Source of the DNA: Candidatus Latescibacterota bacterium
GTDB taxonomy: Bacteria; Latescibacterota; UBA2968; UBA8231
Direction: 5' to 3'
Assembly: GCA_965221775.1 (NCBI GenBank)
Contig: CBDCSU010000004.1
Location: 1,024,001-1,088,000 of the forward strand
Length of the DNA stretch: 64,000 nt
The notes beneath the pieces were generated by a model. It did not search any database. It was not told the origin of the DNA and saw only the letters and a program-made list of their open reading frames with translations. Below, one piece after another: positions 39,001-47,059 of this stretch. Position numbers and translations under genes: made by a program. Within the stretch, counting starts at the first letter, position 1; every line of letters starts with the position of its first letter.

Positions 39001-39073
39001 TGTCTCCGCGGGCCGAATCGACCGCCGTCAGGCCGAGAACCGCGTCGACGTAAGGGGTGCGATGCACTTCTAA
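33077..39073 (+). CDS. Giant acidic surface adhesin: signal peptide, Fn3-like domain, 11 Calx-beta-like repeats, Ig-like domain, autotransporter-like beta-domain
   Basis: AAAGGA RBS before ATG 33077; repeats with VTATLGDGSTAL, DDNLAEG-ETI, TDND; C-terminal WTIWGLG, SVYPY, RFDGGDG-TGGGLE, terminal Phe. Confidence 0.85.
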   Translation: MSHSRGLIGRLIPIGLSTFLWTSLPATAQVAGEAERTPEAVTGVRAEINAEGTGITVSWELSDSDRISSVPVGTGDFTSGGSFAGINGVDDYLIYRQGADDDEPTQVGSVNAGINTFVDRSFTVGTTYTYSVTATPPAGDNESDPAVADAPVDVGPPPAVTLTVDRTNLGEGDGVAAVTVTATLDRAWAINTPVEVSISDAGTAEHAEGRDYTAESPEPITIPAGETQASTTLSIALNDDNLAEGDTPETIVLEGASAVTAGATVTPVDLEVTGTGLTVTDNDVAPTSIALTVGTSSVDEGAGETGVEVTATLGDGSTALIVDTQVTVSLSGTDEALGPDYSAEELTFTVPAEQTAASATLTLTPNDDNLAGEGDESIEVAGAADGFTVESAAITLTDNDVVPTSISLAVDTASLDEGAGETAINVTATLGDGSTALITETTVTLSLSGTDEALGPDYSASDVTLTVAPGATDGSGTLTLTPNDDNLAGEGDETIEVAGAADGFTVESAAITLTDNDVVPTSISLAVDTASLDEGAGETAINVTATLGDDSTALITDTQVALSLSGTHVDLGPDYEDVEVTVTVAAGATNGSGILPLTPIDDILAGEGDETIEVAGAADGFTVASAMITLTDNDVVPTSITLTVDPGSLDEGAGDTAVEVTATLGDGSTALLTETQVALSLSGTHEVFGADYTAADVTITVAPGATDGSGSVSISVVDDNLAEGEETIEISGAAEGFEVQSTSLGLIDNDVAPTSIALGVDTATLGEDAGETAVEVTATLGDGSTALLTDTQVALSVSGTDETLGSDYEAVEVTITVAAGETAGSGTLTLTPNDDNLAEGDETIEVAGAADGFTVESASIGFTDNDVPPTSISLSVADPASLAEGAGETAIEVTATLGDGSTALLTETAVTVSLSGTDEALGPDYTASDVTITVAPGATSGSGSVAISVVDDNLAEGDETIEVSGAAEGFAVESTMVTLIDDDAAPTSISLAVDTGSLDESAGETAIEVTATLGDGSTALLTETQVTLSLSGTDEALGSDYEASDVTITVAAGATGGSGTLTLTPNDDNLAEGNETIEVAGAADGFTVESASIGITDNDVAPTSIVLAVDNDTFDEGDGETGLTVTATLGDGSTALLSDTEVALAVAESDDNAATGTSITIAAGQTSASGSLSLTLIEENLVDGDKVILLTGDAAGFNIGDVELTVTDNDVAPTTITLEVDNDTFDEGDGETSLTVTATLGDGSTALLNHIDVDLAIAGSDENGAAGGAVRIEERETVGSASLSLTLIDENLVDGDKTITLTGTADGYDIGDVTLTVTDNDVAPTTITLSLSRDSFDESDGETAITVTAVLGDGSTALLNDTQITLSLSGTAEEGSDYSASVPSITVAATETSASGVLTLTPPDELIPEYDETVVVEGSASGFTVSSVTITLTDDDDEPVVVTPIPDMTLYVGGADGVVDLSDKFRGLDMSFAATSSDPGVATVSVAGSQVTVSPVIEGSSSIAVTAMNTIGPDAAQSFSVTVITEPNETQIVTDALAAIGRTTLASVSTAIGTRFSSRPSLKVNLAGYSLLDEGAAAHLGVGTLGLQNEMRYAMGSRNEMSWQQALRSTSFAVPMGESGGGSDPNLPNWTIWGLGDYNTFEGTPDYGSHSGTVTSVYLGADKRVASSAQVGATVSYSMGETDYDFEGDGASGSGALTTVLTSVYPYLRVAPSKGVDIWAIGGLGVGTVENERGVSGTTEEGDLAMALAILGARRSLGNMGGLDVALRGDAGTVNLSTAEAEGVIADQAVAAQRFRLGLEGAHTFQMSSCAKVTPYGEVSGRFDGGDGQTGGGLEAAGGLRYECPRSRFRLEARGRVLALNSAYSETGGSVMASYSPGADGLGLSMALAPSWGASGGGAQALLRDDAFRKIGHLGSTRDDWSMDAQVGYGMRLQPVPGVLTPFALLGPAGAGSQMRLGVRFEGLRGTAFELMDLDVSAGRIDRRQAENRVDVRGAMHF
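33542..37390 (+). repeat. Intragenic tandem array of 11 ~320-380 bp domain repeats
   Basis: Counted 11 units by translation; 34220-34373 and 34571-34724 are identical at DNA level (351-bp offset). Confidence 0.92.
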
Positions 39074-39095
39074 GACGCGCGCCGGTCAATACCAG

Positions 39096-39146
39096 AAACC
39101 CCTCGAGGGAGAGCGAGTTCGTTTCTCCCTCGAGGGGCTTTTCTTT
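39096..39146 (+). terminator. Rho-independent terminator between convergent genes
   Basis: Stem CCCCTCGAGGGAGA / TCTCCCTCGAGGGG followed by CTTTTCTTT, just after adhesin stop. Confidence 0.88.
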
Positions 39147-39185
39147 GCGTGCCGGGCCTTGCCACTTGCCGGCTCGCTCTACCTG

Positions 39186-39518
39186 CTAACGCCCGGCCGC
39201 GCCTGCCTCCGGCTCCAGACGGGCGATGATCCCCGCGGCCATGGAACCCGTCCGGACTCCCACGACCGATGCATCCTGGCGCCCCATGGCGGCCGTCAAG
39301 GGCTCCAGGGAGGGACAGCGGAGCACCCGCACTCCGTCTCTCTGCAGGCGGGAGAGTTCCTTCTGGGTGTTCGCCGATACGGATGCCGCCAGGAATACCA
39401 GGGCGAGATCCCCGGTCCTCCGCACGGCGGACAGTCCCACAACGACGGCCCCGGAACGCGCCCCCAGCCCGATCAGGTTGGAGGCCCGGGCAACGACCTG
39501 AGAGTCGACCTCCTCCAA
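39186..39518 (-). CDS. L7Ae/L30e-family (YlxQ-like) RNA-binding protein
   Basis: AGGAGG RBS then TTG at 39518; NLIGLGARSGAVVVG, LVFLAASVSANT, LTAAMGR, SVVGV pattern. Confidence 0.7.
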   Translation of the reverse strand: MEEVDSQVVARASNLIGLGARSGAVVVGLSAVRRTGDLALVFLAASVSANTQKELSRLQRDGVRVLRCPSLEPLTAAMGRQDASVVGVRTGSMAAGIIARLEPEAGAAGR

Positions 39519-39529
39519 GCGGAAACCTC

Positions 39530-40546
39530 CTACTCGAAGGCCGGTTTCACCGGCATGCCGCCCTTGCGCCGGGCCGAGATGTTGGCCGCCTCCAGCACGC
39601 CGATGACCCGCGCCGCCGACTCCGGGGTCACCGCGAGGGCAGCCCTGCCCTGGAGATGGCGCTTCACGTTCTCGTAATAGGCGTCCCAATTGGAGGCGGG
39701 AGGGGTAAGGCGCGTCTCCATCTGGCGGCCATTCACCATCGCCTTCACCAGGTAGGCGCCGTCAGCCGCCGCTTCGATCGATCCCCGGTCGCCGAGGATC
39801 CGCCACTTCGGCCGTGAGGACATGGCCAGGTTGGAGATCACCAGATGGGCCAGGCAGCCCCCCTTGAACTTGAGGGTGTACTCGGAGTGGTCCTCGTTCG
39901 TATAGTCCTCCCATTCCCGGCACTTCACCTGGTAGCCGCTCACCCAGTCGATGTCGTCCCTCACCAGTCCCAGGATCCAGTCCGTGAAATGGGCGCCCCA
40001 GTCATAGATCGCTCCGCCGGAGATCCTCCTGTCCGCCCGCCACCAGTCCGGTTGTCTGCCGTAGCCTCCGAACCCGGCTTCCAGGCGGAAGACCCGGCCG
40101 ATGATCCTCTCCTTCTGGATCAACTCCCGCAGAAGCAGGAAGTCCCCGTCCCACCGGCGGTTGTGGAAGGTGGAGAGCATCACCCGGTTGCGGCGAGCCG
40201 CCGCGAGCATCGCCTTCACCTCCCGGGAGGTGACCGCCATCGGTTTCTCGCACACGGCCCCGACCTTGGCATCGAGAGCCTGCAGGGCCAGCTTTGCGTG
40301 GGTATTGTGGGGCGTGATGATGGCCACGAGGTCGAGGTCGGAGTGTCGCAGCATGGCCCCAGGACGGGCATAGGTGGCAATCCCCGGAAAGTCCTGGTCC
40401 GCCGCCTTGCGGCGCTCGGGGTCCAGATCGCAGACCGCGGCGGCCGCCATGCCTGCCTTCTCCATCGACGCGAGATGGGCGCGGCCCATGTTGAAGGCAC
40501 CTCCGTATCCGATTACGCCGCAGCGAAATCCTGTCTTCGATTCCAT
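39530..40546 (-). CDS. Gfo/Idh/MocA oxidoreductase
   Basis: GVIGYGG, CEKPM, FHNRRWD, GGAIYDWGAH. Confidence 0.92.
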   Translation of the reverse strand: MESKTGFRCGVIGYGGAFNMGRAHLASMEKAGMAAAAVCDLDPERRKAADQDFPGIATYARPGAMLRHSDLDLVAIITPHNTHAKLALQALDAKVGAVCEKPMAVTSREVKAMLAAARRNRVMLSTFHNRRWDGDFLLLRELIQKERIIGRVFRLEAGFGGYGRQPDWWRADRRISGGAIYDWGAHFTDWILGLVRDDIDWVSGYQVKCREWEDYTNEDHSEYTLKFKGGCLAHLVISNLAMSSRPKWRILGDRGSIEAAADGAYLVKAMVNGRQMETRLTPPASNWDAYYENVKRHLQGRAALAVTPESAARVIGVLEAANISARRKGGMPVKPAFE

Positions 40547-40710
40547 CGACTACTCCTGGTCTTCATTGAGGAACGCCCAAGCAACCTTTGGTAGGAAGCG
40601 GGATCCTCCCGGGGCCGTCAATCGGAGACCCGCCGGTCCGCGCCGGCGAGGGCACATCCCCTTACCTTTCTTCCTGCCAACGGTTGCCACCGCGAGCAGA
40701 GGATCGCCCC

Positions 40711-41670
40711 TTGAGCCTTCTCCCCGGCGCGGCCCGGCTCGACGCCGATCTGGCCGAGGCCCTGCGCCAAGACCGCCTCCACTCCCTTCTGTTGGTCCAC
40801 ATCCAGCCACTGGAAGGGGAAGATGACAGGGGACCAAGTCTCCTCCGGAGCCTGGCGCCGGCTTCTCCCAGCGCCGCCTACCGCCTTGGCGGCGCCAACT
40901 TCGCCGTGCTCAACCCTTTCGTAGAGCCGGTTTCCGGCCAGCCCTTGCCCGACGGTCTGTGCGGGGGCGGTGTGATCGTCGACCCGGCCTGGCTGACCCC
41001 CGGGCAGGAGACAGGGCGCCTCCTCCTGCGTGCCGCCTCGCGGCTTCTGGCCCTCTCCAGGCAGCGGGGCTGCCACCAGATCCTCTGGATCCGGGAGGAG
41101 GACTCCGGAGCCTCGGACCCGGGAGGAGTGGCCGAGGGCCTGTTCCGGGACCTGGCCCGGGCGAACGCCTCCAGGGCCCGGCAGCTGGAGATCGACTCCC
41201 GTGTGGATTCCCTCACCGGTCTGCACAACCGGAGGGGATTCGACGAGGTCTTCGGCCGGATGGTCGAGACCTCGCGACGTTCCAACCGACCCCTCGGCCT
41301 GCTGTTCCTTGACTGCGACACCCTCAAGGAGATCAACGACGAGGGCGGCCACGAGGCCGGGGACCGCTTCATCCTCGCCCTGGCCAGGGTCCTGCGCAGT
41401 GTGGTCCGGCGCTCCGACGTCATCGTCCGCTGGGGTGCGGACGAGTTCGCCGTCGCCCTCGAAGGCGGCGACCCCGGCCAGGCCCGGGCCCTGGCCGAAC
41501 GCCTGCGCAGCGAGGTCGAGGACCGCACGGAGGGCACCGTCTCCATCGGGATCTACAGCGGTGTGCCCGCCGACGCCGCGGAAGCCGTGGGCTCGGCGGA
41601 TGCCGCCATGTACGAGGCCAAGGAGATGGGCCGAAACGTCGTCGTCACCCGCCGCGGGAACCCCGGGTGA
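40711..41670 (+). CDS. GGDEF-domain protein (GADEF variant) with degenerate N-terminal GGDEF-like domain
   Basis: DSLTGLHNRR, DCDTLKEINDEGGHEAGD, RRSD...RWGADEF, ADAAMYEAK. Start uncertain (ORF open from 40588). Confidence 0.85.
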   Translation: MSLLPGAARLDADLAEALRQDRLHSLLLVHIQPLEGEDDRGPSLLRSLAPASPSAAYRLGGANFAVLNPFVEPVSGQPLPDGLCGGGVIVDPAWLTPGQETGRLLLRAASRLLALSRQRGCHQILWIREEDSGASDPGGVAEGLFRDLARANASRARQLEIDSRVDSLTGLHNRRGFDEVFGRMVETSRRSNRPLGLLFLDCDTLKEINDEGGHEAGDRFILALARVLRSVVRRSDVIVRWGADEFAVALEGGDPGQARALAERLRSEVEDRTEGTVSIGIYSGVPADAAEAVGSADAAMYEAKEMGRNVVVTRRGNPG

Positions 41671-41700
41671 AGGCGGTCGATCCGGTCCGGAGGGGCGCCG

Positions 41701-42786
41701 CTACCCGGGGAGCATGGCCACGCAGACCGGCTTCGGGACCTCCGCCCGCACTCCCGTTGGGGTGAGGCCCCCCGAGTCGCCGTCTATGCGGAAGACGCTC
41801 ACGCAGTCGCTCTGGTAATTCGCCGCCAGCAGACAGCGCGCCGTGGGATCGATGCCCAGGTTCCAGGGCCAGCTTCCCCGGGCCGGTTCGTGACCGACGA
41901 TCTCGACGCAGCCGGTGGCCTCGTCCACGGCGAAGACGGCGATGCTGTTATGGCCGCGGTTGGAGGTGTAGAGGAAGCGCCCCGAGGGCAGGATCTTGAT
42001 GTCGGCGGCGTGGTTGTGTCCGTCGAATCCCTCGGGCAGGGCGGGGACCGTCTGGCGCTCGGTGAGCCGCCCTCTCTCCGGGTCCCAGTCGAAGACCGAG
42101 AGAGTGGTGTCCAGCTCGTTGAGCACGTAGGCCACGGACCGCCGCGGATGGAAGGCGATATGCCTCGGCCCCGCCCCCGGCGCGCTGGAAGCCGCGGGAG
42201 GATCGGCCGGCCTCAGGCCTCCTCCCTCCGTGAGCCCGTAGACCCGAACCTCGTCGGTCCCCAGGTCGGCGGCCAGGGCCCAGCGCCCGCTGGGGTCCAG
42301 AACCATGCAGTGCACGTGCGGTCCCTCCTGGCGCTCCTCGTCGACGCTCGATCCCTCGTGCTGCACCGTCGCCACCGGAGGGCCGAGTCCGCCGGCCTCG
42401 ATGGGCAGGACGGCGACGCTGCCGGAGTTGTAGTTGCCGGTCAGCAGGAACCGCCCCTCGCGGTCGAAATCGATGTAGCACGGAAGGGTGCCCCCCGACC
42501 GCTGGCGGCCGAGGAAGCTCAGGGCGCCCGTCGAAGGATCCATGTCGAAGGCGCTCACGGCCCCCTCCCCGACGCCGTCGCACTCGTCGAGGGCGTTGGC
42601 GGCGTAGAGCCGCCGGCCCGCGGCGTCGACGCGCACGAAGAACGGGGTCGGCACCCCCGGCGTCCGGCCCGCCGGCTCCAGGGAGCCCGAGGCCGGATCG
42701 AGGAGGAAGTGGTAGATCCCTTTGGCGGGATCCTCGTTGTAGGTCCCCACGTACACGAGAACCCTGGCGTGTGGATCAGCTGGCAT
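41701..42786 (-). CDS. Lactonase family beta-propeller (6-phosphogluconolactonase-like)
   Basis: YVGTY, NYNSGSV, RQEGPHVH, DLGTD, GAGPRH, SNRGHNSI. Confidence 0.9.
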   Translation of the reverse strand: MPADPHARVLVYVGTYNEDPAKGIYHFLLDPASGSLEPAGRTPGVPTPFFVRVDAAGRRLYAANALDECDGVGEGAVSAFDMDPSTGALSFLGRQRSGGTLPCYIDFDREGRFLLTGNYNSGSVAVLPIEAGGLGPPVATVQHEGSSVDEERQEGPHVHCMVLDPSGRWALAADLGTDEVRVYGLTEGGGLRPADPPAASSAPGAGPRHIAFHPRRSVAYVLNELDTTLSVFDWDPERGRLTERQTVPALPEGFDGHNHAADIKILPSGRFLYTSNRGHNSIAVFAVDEATGCVEIVGHEPARGSWPWNLGIDPTARCLLAANYQSDCVSVFRIDGDSGGLTPTGVRAEVPKPVCVAMLPG

Positions 42787-42922
42787 CGTATCCTCCCTCG
42801 AATCTCCGCGTGGTCGCGTCTGTTCTTGCGTCCTCACGGACCGGCGGCGCACCTTAGAGAACTGGACTTCGAATCAACACCGCCGGCCCTGCAAGGGTCA
42901 ATTCACAGCCGGGAGAGATGCC

Positions 42923-43759
42923 ATGCCCAGAGTCCTGAGTGACGCCGCCGTCGAGCAGTACCACCGCCACGGCTACTACTTCCCCGTCCGGGTCCTGGAT
43001 CCGGCCCAGGTCGCCGAGAACCGGACCCGCCTCGAGGCCTTCGAGGCCGCCCAGGGCGAGCCGATCTCCGGGGCCCAGCGCAGCAAGTCCCACCTGCTCT
43101 TCCGCTGGGTGGACGACCTGATGCGGCTGCCGGCCATCCTCGATGCCGTGGAGGACCTGATCGGGCCGGACCTGCTGTGCTGGAACACCCTGTTCTGGAT
43201 CAAGGAGTCCGGCAGCGAGAGCTTCGTCTCCTGGCATCAGGACCTGCGCTACTGGGGCCTGGACACGAACGACCTGGTCACTGTCTGGCTGGCCCTGTCG
43301 CCGGCCACCCTGGAGAGCGGGTGCATGCGGGTGCTGCCGGGCAGCCACCGCGGCGACATGATGCAGCACAAGGACGAGTTCAAGGCCGACAACCTCCTCA
43401 CCCGGGGGCAGGAGATCGCCGTCGAGGTGGATGAAGACCTCACCGTGGCCATGCCCCTGCAGGCCGGCGAGGTCTCCCTGCACAACGTGCGGCTGGCCCA
43501 CGCCTCCGGCCCCAACCGCTCGCCGGACCGGCGCATCGGCCTCTCCCTGCACTACATGCCCACGAGCACCCGCCAGATGGTGGGCGAATGGGACAGCGCC
43601 GCCCTGGTGCGGGGGGAGGACCGGCACGGCCACTTCACCCATGCGCCGAGGCCCGCCAGGGACTTCGACCCGGTGGCCGTCGAGTTCCACGAGCGCGCCA
43701 CGGCGGCGGTGCGCAGGGTCCTCTTCGAGGGGGCGGAGAAGGTCCGGCCCACGATCTGA
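42923..43759 (+). CDS. PhyH-family Fe(II)/2OG dioxygenase (canonical HxD)
   Basis: SWHQDLRYW, GCMRVLPGSH, LAHASGPNRS. Confidence 0.9.
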   Translation: MPRVLSDAAVEQYHRHGYYFPVRVLDPAQVAENRTRLEAFEAAQGEPISGAQRSKSHLLFRWVDDLMRLPAILDAVEDLIGPDLLCWNTLFWIKESGSESFVSWHQDLRYWGLDTNDLVTVWLALSPATLESGCMRVLPGSHRGDMMQHKDEFKADNLLTRGQEIAVEVDEDLTVAMPLQAGEVSLHNVRLAHASGPNRSPDRRIGLSLHYMPTSTRQMVGEWDSAALVRGEDRHGHFTHAPRPARDFDPVAVEFHERATAAVRRVLFEGAEKVRPTI

Positions 43760-43781
43760 GGGCGCCCATCCGCCCGTTGGG

Positions 43782-44657
43782 TCAGCCCACGCGGACGGTG
43801 CCGTCCTCGTCGACGGTGAGGAAGACCTGATCGGTTCCCGGCGCCGACGCCGGGCCGTACATGACCGCCCGCTCCACGTCCGACATCCCCTCCACCAGAT
43901 CCTCCCCCCAGTGGATCTGCGGTGGCGCCAGTTGGGCGGAGCGGCCCGTGCGCGTGGCGGTGCGTCCGGCGTACTTGAACAGCACCGACCGCCGGTCGTG
44001 GCCGGCGGCCCACGGCAGGGTGCCGTGGGTCTGGGCGCCGTCCATGAAGAACAGGACGTCCCCGGCCCTCACCTCGGGCTGCTTCACCAGGCCCATGTCG
44101 TCGTCGGCGGTGCGCACTCCGCGGGGCATGGGGAACCCCGCCTTGTGGCTCCCGGGCACGCAGGCGAAGCCGCCGTCGCCGGGACCGGCGTCGGCCAGGT
44201 TCCAGGCCACGGTCACGCCGGCGCAGTAACCCCGGCCTCCCTGGTGATGGTAGGCGACGTAGGGCCGGTGCGGCTCCCCGGCGCCGTGCATGACCATGCC
44301 CGCCGTGCCCTCGACGCCGCCGATGTAGTGGGGCCCGTGGTCGAAGCGGAAACCGGTTCCGCACATCTCGTTGAGGCGGCTCACCACGGCCGGGTGAGCG
44401 AGCATGCGGCGGAAGGGCTCGCAGTGCGGCTTCGGCAGGGTGAGCAACTCCTCGGAGGCGGTGATTCTCAGGTAGCTGCTGCCCCGCAGGCGCCGCGATC
44501 CCCGCGGCCCCGAGATCTCCCCGGCGTCGTGCACGGCGCCCCGCTCGTGACAGTCGTCGAGGGCGGCGTTGGCCGCGGCCAGCTCATCGGCGGTCAGCAC
44601 CTGCGGCACCACGAGGTAGCCCGTCAGGTCCCAGAAGTAGCGCTCTCTCTCGTCCAT
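43782..44657 (-). CDS. PhyH-family Fe(II)/2OG oxygenase, HxA variant
   Basis: FWDLTGYLV, MHGAGE, GGFACVPGSHK, THGTLPW, RRSVLFKY. Confidence 0.85.
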   Translation of the reverse strand: MDERERYFWDLTGYLVVPQVLTADELAAANAALDDCHERGAVHDAGEISGPRGSRRLRGSSYLRITASEELLTLPKPHCEPFRRMLAHPAVVSRLNEMCGTGFRFDHGPHYIGGVEGTAGMVMHGAGEPHRPYVAYHHQGGRGYCAGVTVAWNLADAGPGDGGFACVPGSHKAGFPMPRGVRTADDDMGLVKQPEVRAGDVLFFMDGAQTHGTLPWAAGHDRRSVLFKYAGRTATRTGRSAQLAPPQIHWGEDLVEGMSDVERAVMYGPASAPGTDQVFLTVDEDGTVRVG

Positions 44658-44667
44658 CGGTATCCCC

Positions 44668-45549
44668 TCAGCCTCTGTGGACGACGCTCACGTCCGCCCC
44701 GTCCGACTCCAGCAGCGGCATGCTGCCGTGTACGCCGGGTCCGTACAGGACCGCCCGCTCGGCCTCGGTGAGCTCCTCGGTCCACTCGCCGTAACGGTCC
44801 CTCGGCTTGAAGTGCCGGCCCACCGCCCGGGCGGCGCCGCGCTCGGCGTACTTGTAGAGCACGGACCGGCGTTCGCCCTCGCCCTTCCACGGCAGGGTGC
44901 CGTGGGTGGCGGTCTCGGCGAAGAACAGCACGTCGCCGGCGGCCATGGCCGGCTGCACCACCAGGCCCATGTCGTCCTCCACGGTGCGCACGCCCCGCGG
45001 GGTGGGCTCCCGCGACTTGTGGCTGCCGGGAACCACCGCGAAGCCGCCGTCGCCGTCGCCCACGTCGGTCAGCTGCCAGGCGACGGTGACGCCGCGGCAG
45101 GAGATCACCGAGTTCTGGTGGTGGTACCAGTTGGCGGGGCTGAAGGGCTCGCCGGCGCCGTGCAGGAGGTGGCCCTCGGTGCCGGCCTCGGCGCCGATCA
45201 GCAACGGTCCGTGGTCGAGGCGGAAGCCGCGGCCGCAGATCTCGTTGAGCCGCGACACGACCACGGGGTGCACCAGGAGGTCCCGGAATGGCTGACGGTA
45301 GGGCGCCGGCCAGCCGAGCATCCCGCGCAGCTCGCGGCGGCCGGAGCCGCCGGTGAGGGCCGCGGAGCCCCGCGCCAGGCCGCCCCCCTCCACGGGGCGC
45401 GCGCGAATGCTGCCGGCGTGGTGGTCGATGGCGTCGTTGCAGGCCCGCACCTGCCCGGCGGACAGGGCCCCGCGCACGACCAGGTACCCCCGCAGGTCGA
45501 AGTAGTACTTCTCCTCCTCGGTGATGACGAAAAGGCTGGCCTCGCTCAT
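44668..45549 (-). CDS. PhyH-family Fe(II)/2OG oxygenase, HxA variant
   Basis: FDLRGYLV, LHGAGE, GGFAVVPGSHK, THGTLPW, RRSVLYKY; paralog of downstream neighbour. Confidence 0.85.
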   Translation of the reverse strand: MSEASLFVITEEEKYYFDLRGYLVVRGALSAGQVRACNDAIDHHAGSIRARPVEGGGLARGSAALTGGSGRRELRGMLGWPAPYRQPFRDLLVHPVVVSRLNEICGRGFRLDHGPLLIGAEAGTEGHLLHGAGEPFSPANWYHHQNSVISCRGVTVAWQLTDVGDGDGGFAVVPGSHKSREPTPRGVRTVEDDMGLVVQPAMAAGDVLFFAETATHGTLPWKGEGERRSVLYKYAERGAARAVGRHFKPRDRYGEWTEELTEAERAVLYGPGVHGSMPLLESDGADVSVVHRG

Positions 45550-45631
45550 TCCTCCCTCCTGGGTTGCTCGCTCTTCCGGGCGCCAATATGGTATCCCGCC
45601 CGCCCGCCTACCAACTACCACGGTCCCCCCG

Positions 45632-46934
45632 ATGCCGCCGAACGTCCTCCTGGTCATCACCGATCAGCAGTCCCGCTTCGCCCAGTCCGCCGCCGGCAAC
45701 GAGTCGGTGCGCACCCCCCACCTCGACGCCCTCTCGGCGGCGGGCGTGCGCTTCAGCCGCGCCTACTGCGCGGCGCCGGTCTGCAGCCCCTCGCGCGCCA
45801 GCCTGGCCACCGGCCGGCCCCCCCACCAGACCGGCCTGATGGCCAACGGCATGCCCTGGACCGGAGCCATGCCCGAGATGTGCGGCCACTTCCTGCGCCA
45901 CGGGTACGACGTGGGCTGGGTCGGCATCCGGCTCGGGACCCCCCCTTCGTCGACCGCCGCAGGGCCTCGCTTCGAGCTGCTCCTGCCCGACGGCGTCGGC
46001 ACCCGCCTGGGCTGCGAGAGCGACGCCGCCATCGCCGACGCGGCGGTCCGCTACCTGCGCAGGCCGGGGCGCGAACGGCCCTTCTTCCTCGGTGTCACCC
46101 TGATCAACCCCCACGACATCTGCTACTGGGTGATGGGGCAGGCGGCCGACACCGCCGGCGACGGCCCCCTGCCGCCGCTGCCCGACGGCTTCGAGCCGGC
46201 CGAGGACGAGCCCGACTTCATCCGCCGATGCCGGCGGCGCACGCACTACGGTCCGGAGAACACCTTTACCCGGGGCTGGGACCGCGACGACTGGCGCCGC
46301 TACCTGCGCGAGTACCACGCCCTGACCGAGCGCGTCGACGCCGAGACGGGACGCATCCTGGATGCCCTCCGCGACGCCGGGATCGAAGAGGAGACCCTGG
46401 TGGCCTGCACCAGCGACCACGGAGAGGGCATGGCCCGGCACCGCTGGGTGGTGAAGCTGATGCTGTGGGAGAGTGTCGTCTCCGTGCCCCTGACCCTGTC
46501 GTGGCCGGGAGCGATCCCCCGGGGGCGGGTGCGGAACCAGCTCGCCTCCGGCCTGGACCTGCTGCCCACCTTGTGCGACTACGCCGGGCTGCCGGTCCCG
46601 GCGGGCGTGGTCGGCCGCAGTCTGCGCGGCGCCGTCGAGGAGGACGGCCCCGGGCGCGGCTATGTCGTCACCGAGCTGCACCCGGACGACCAGAAACCTT
46701 GCCTTCGCCGCGCGCATCGTCGTGTCGGAGGGCCACAAGTACGCGGCTTTCTCCGACGGCCGGCCCCGAGAGGTGCTCTTCGATCTGGAGGCCGATCCCG
46801 GGGAGACCCGGAATCTGGCCGCCGACCCCTCCCGTGCACACGCCCTCGCCACGCACCGGCGCTACCTGCGGCAGTGGATCGAGGAGACCGGGGACCACGA
46901 CTTCCCCTTGCCCCCACAGGCTGAGACCGCATGA
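45632..46934 (+). pseudogene. Sulfatase with +1 frameshift near 46700 (pseudogene or sequencing error)
   Basis: PNVLLVITDQ, CSPSR, NPHD, TSDHG in frame 45521..46924; the sulfatase C-terminal motif LFDLEADPGETRNLA lies in the shifted frame 46662..46934. Confidence 0.8.
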
Positions 46935-47059
46935 ACGACCGCGAGAAGCCTGCCGTGAGGCTCGCCCACGACGAGTGCCCCATGGCCGATCCCACCGAGG
47001 CCGAGGGCGCCCTCTACGACCCCCCGGCGCACCGGCCGCACCGAGCTCGAGGGCCCGCC

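Noticed and set aside
42923-43759. SyrB2-like halogenase call for the first PhyH gene
   Set aside because: Has canonical WHQD, consistent with a hydroxylase.
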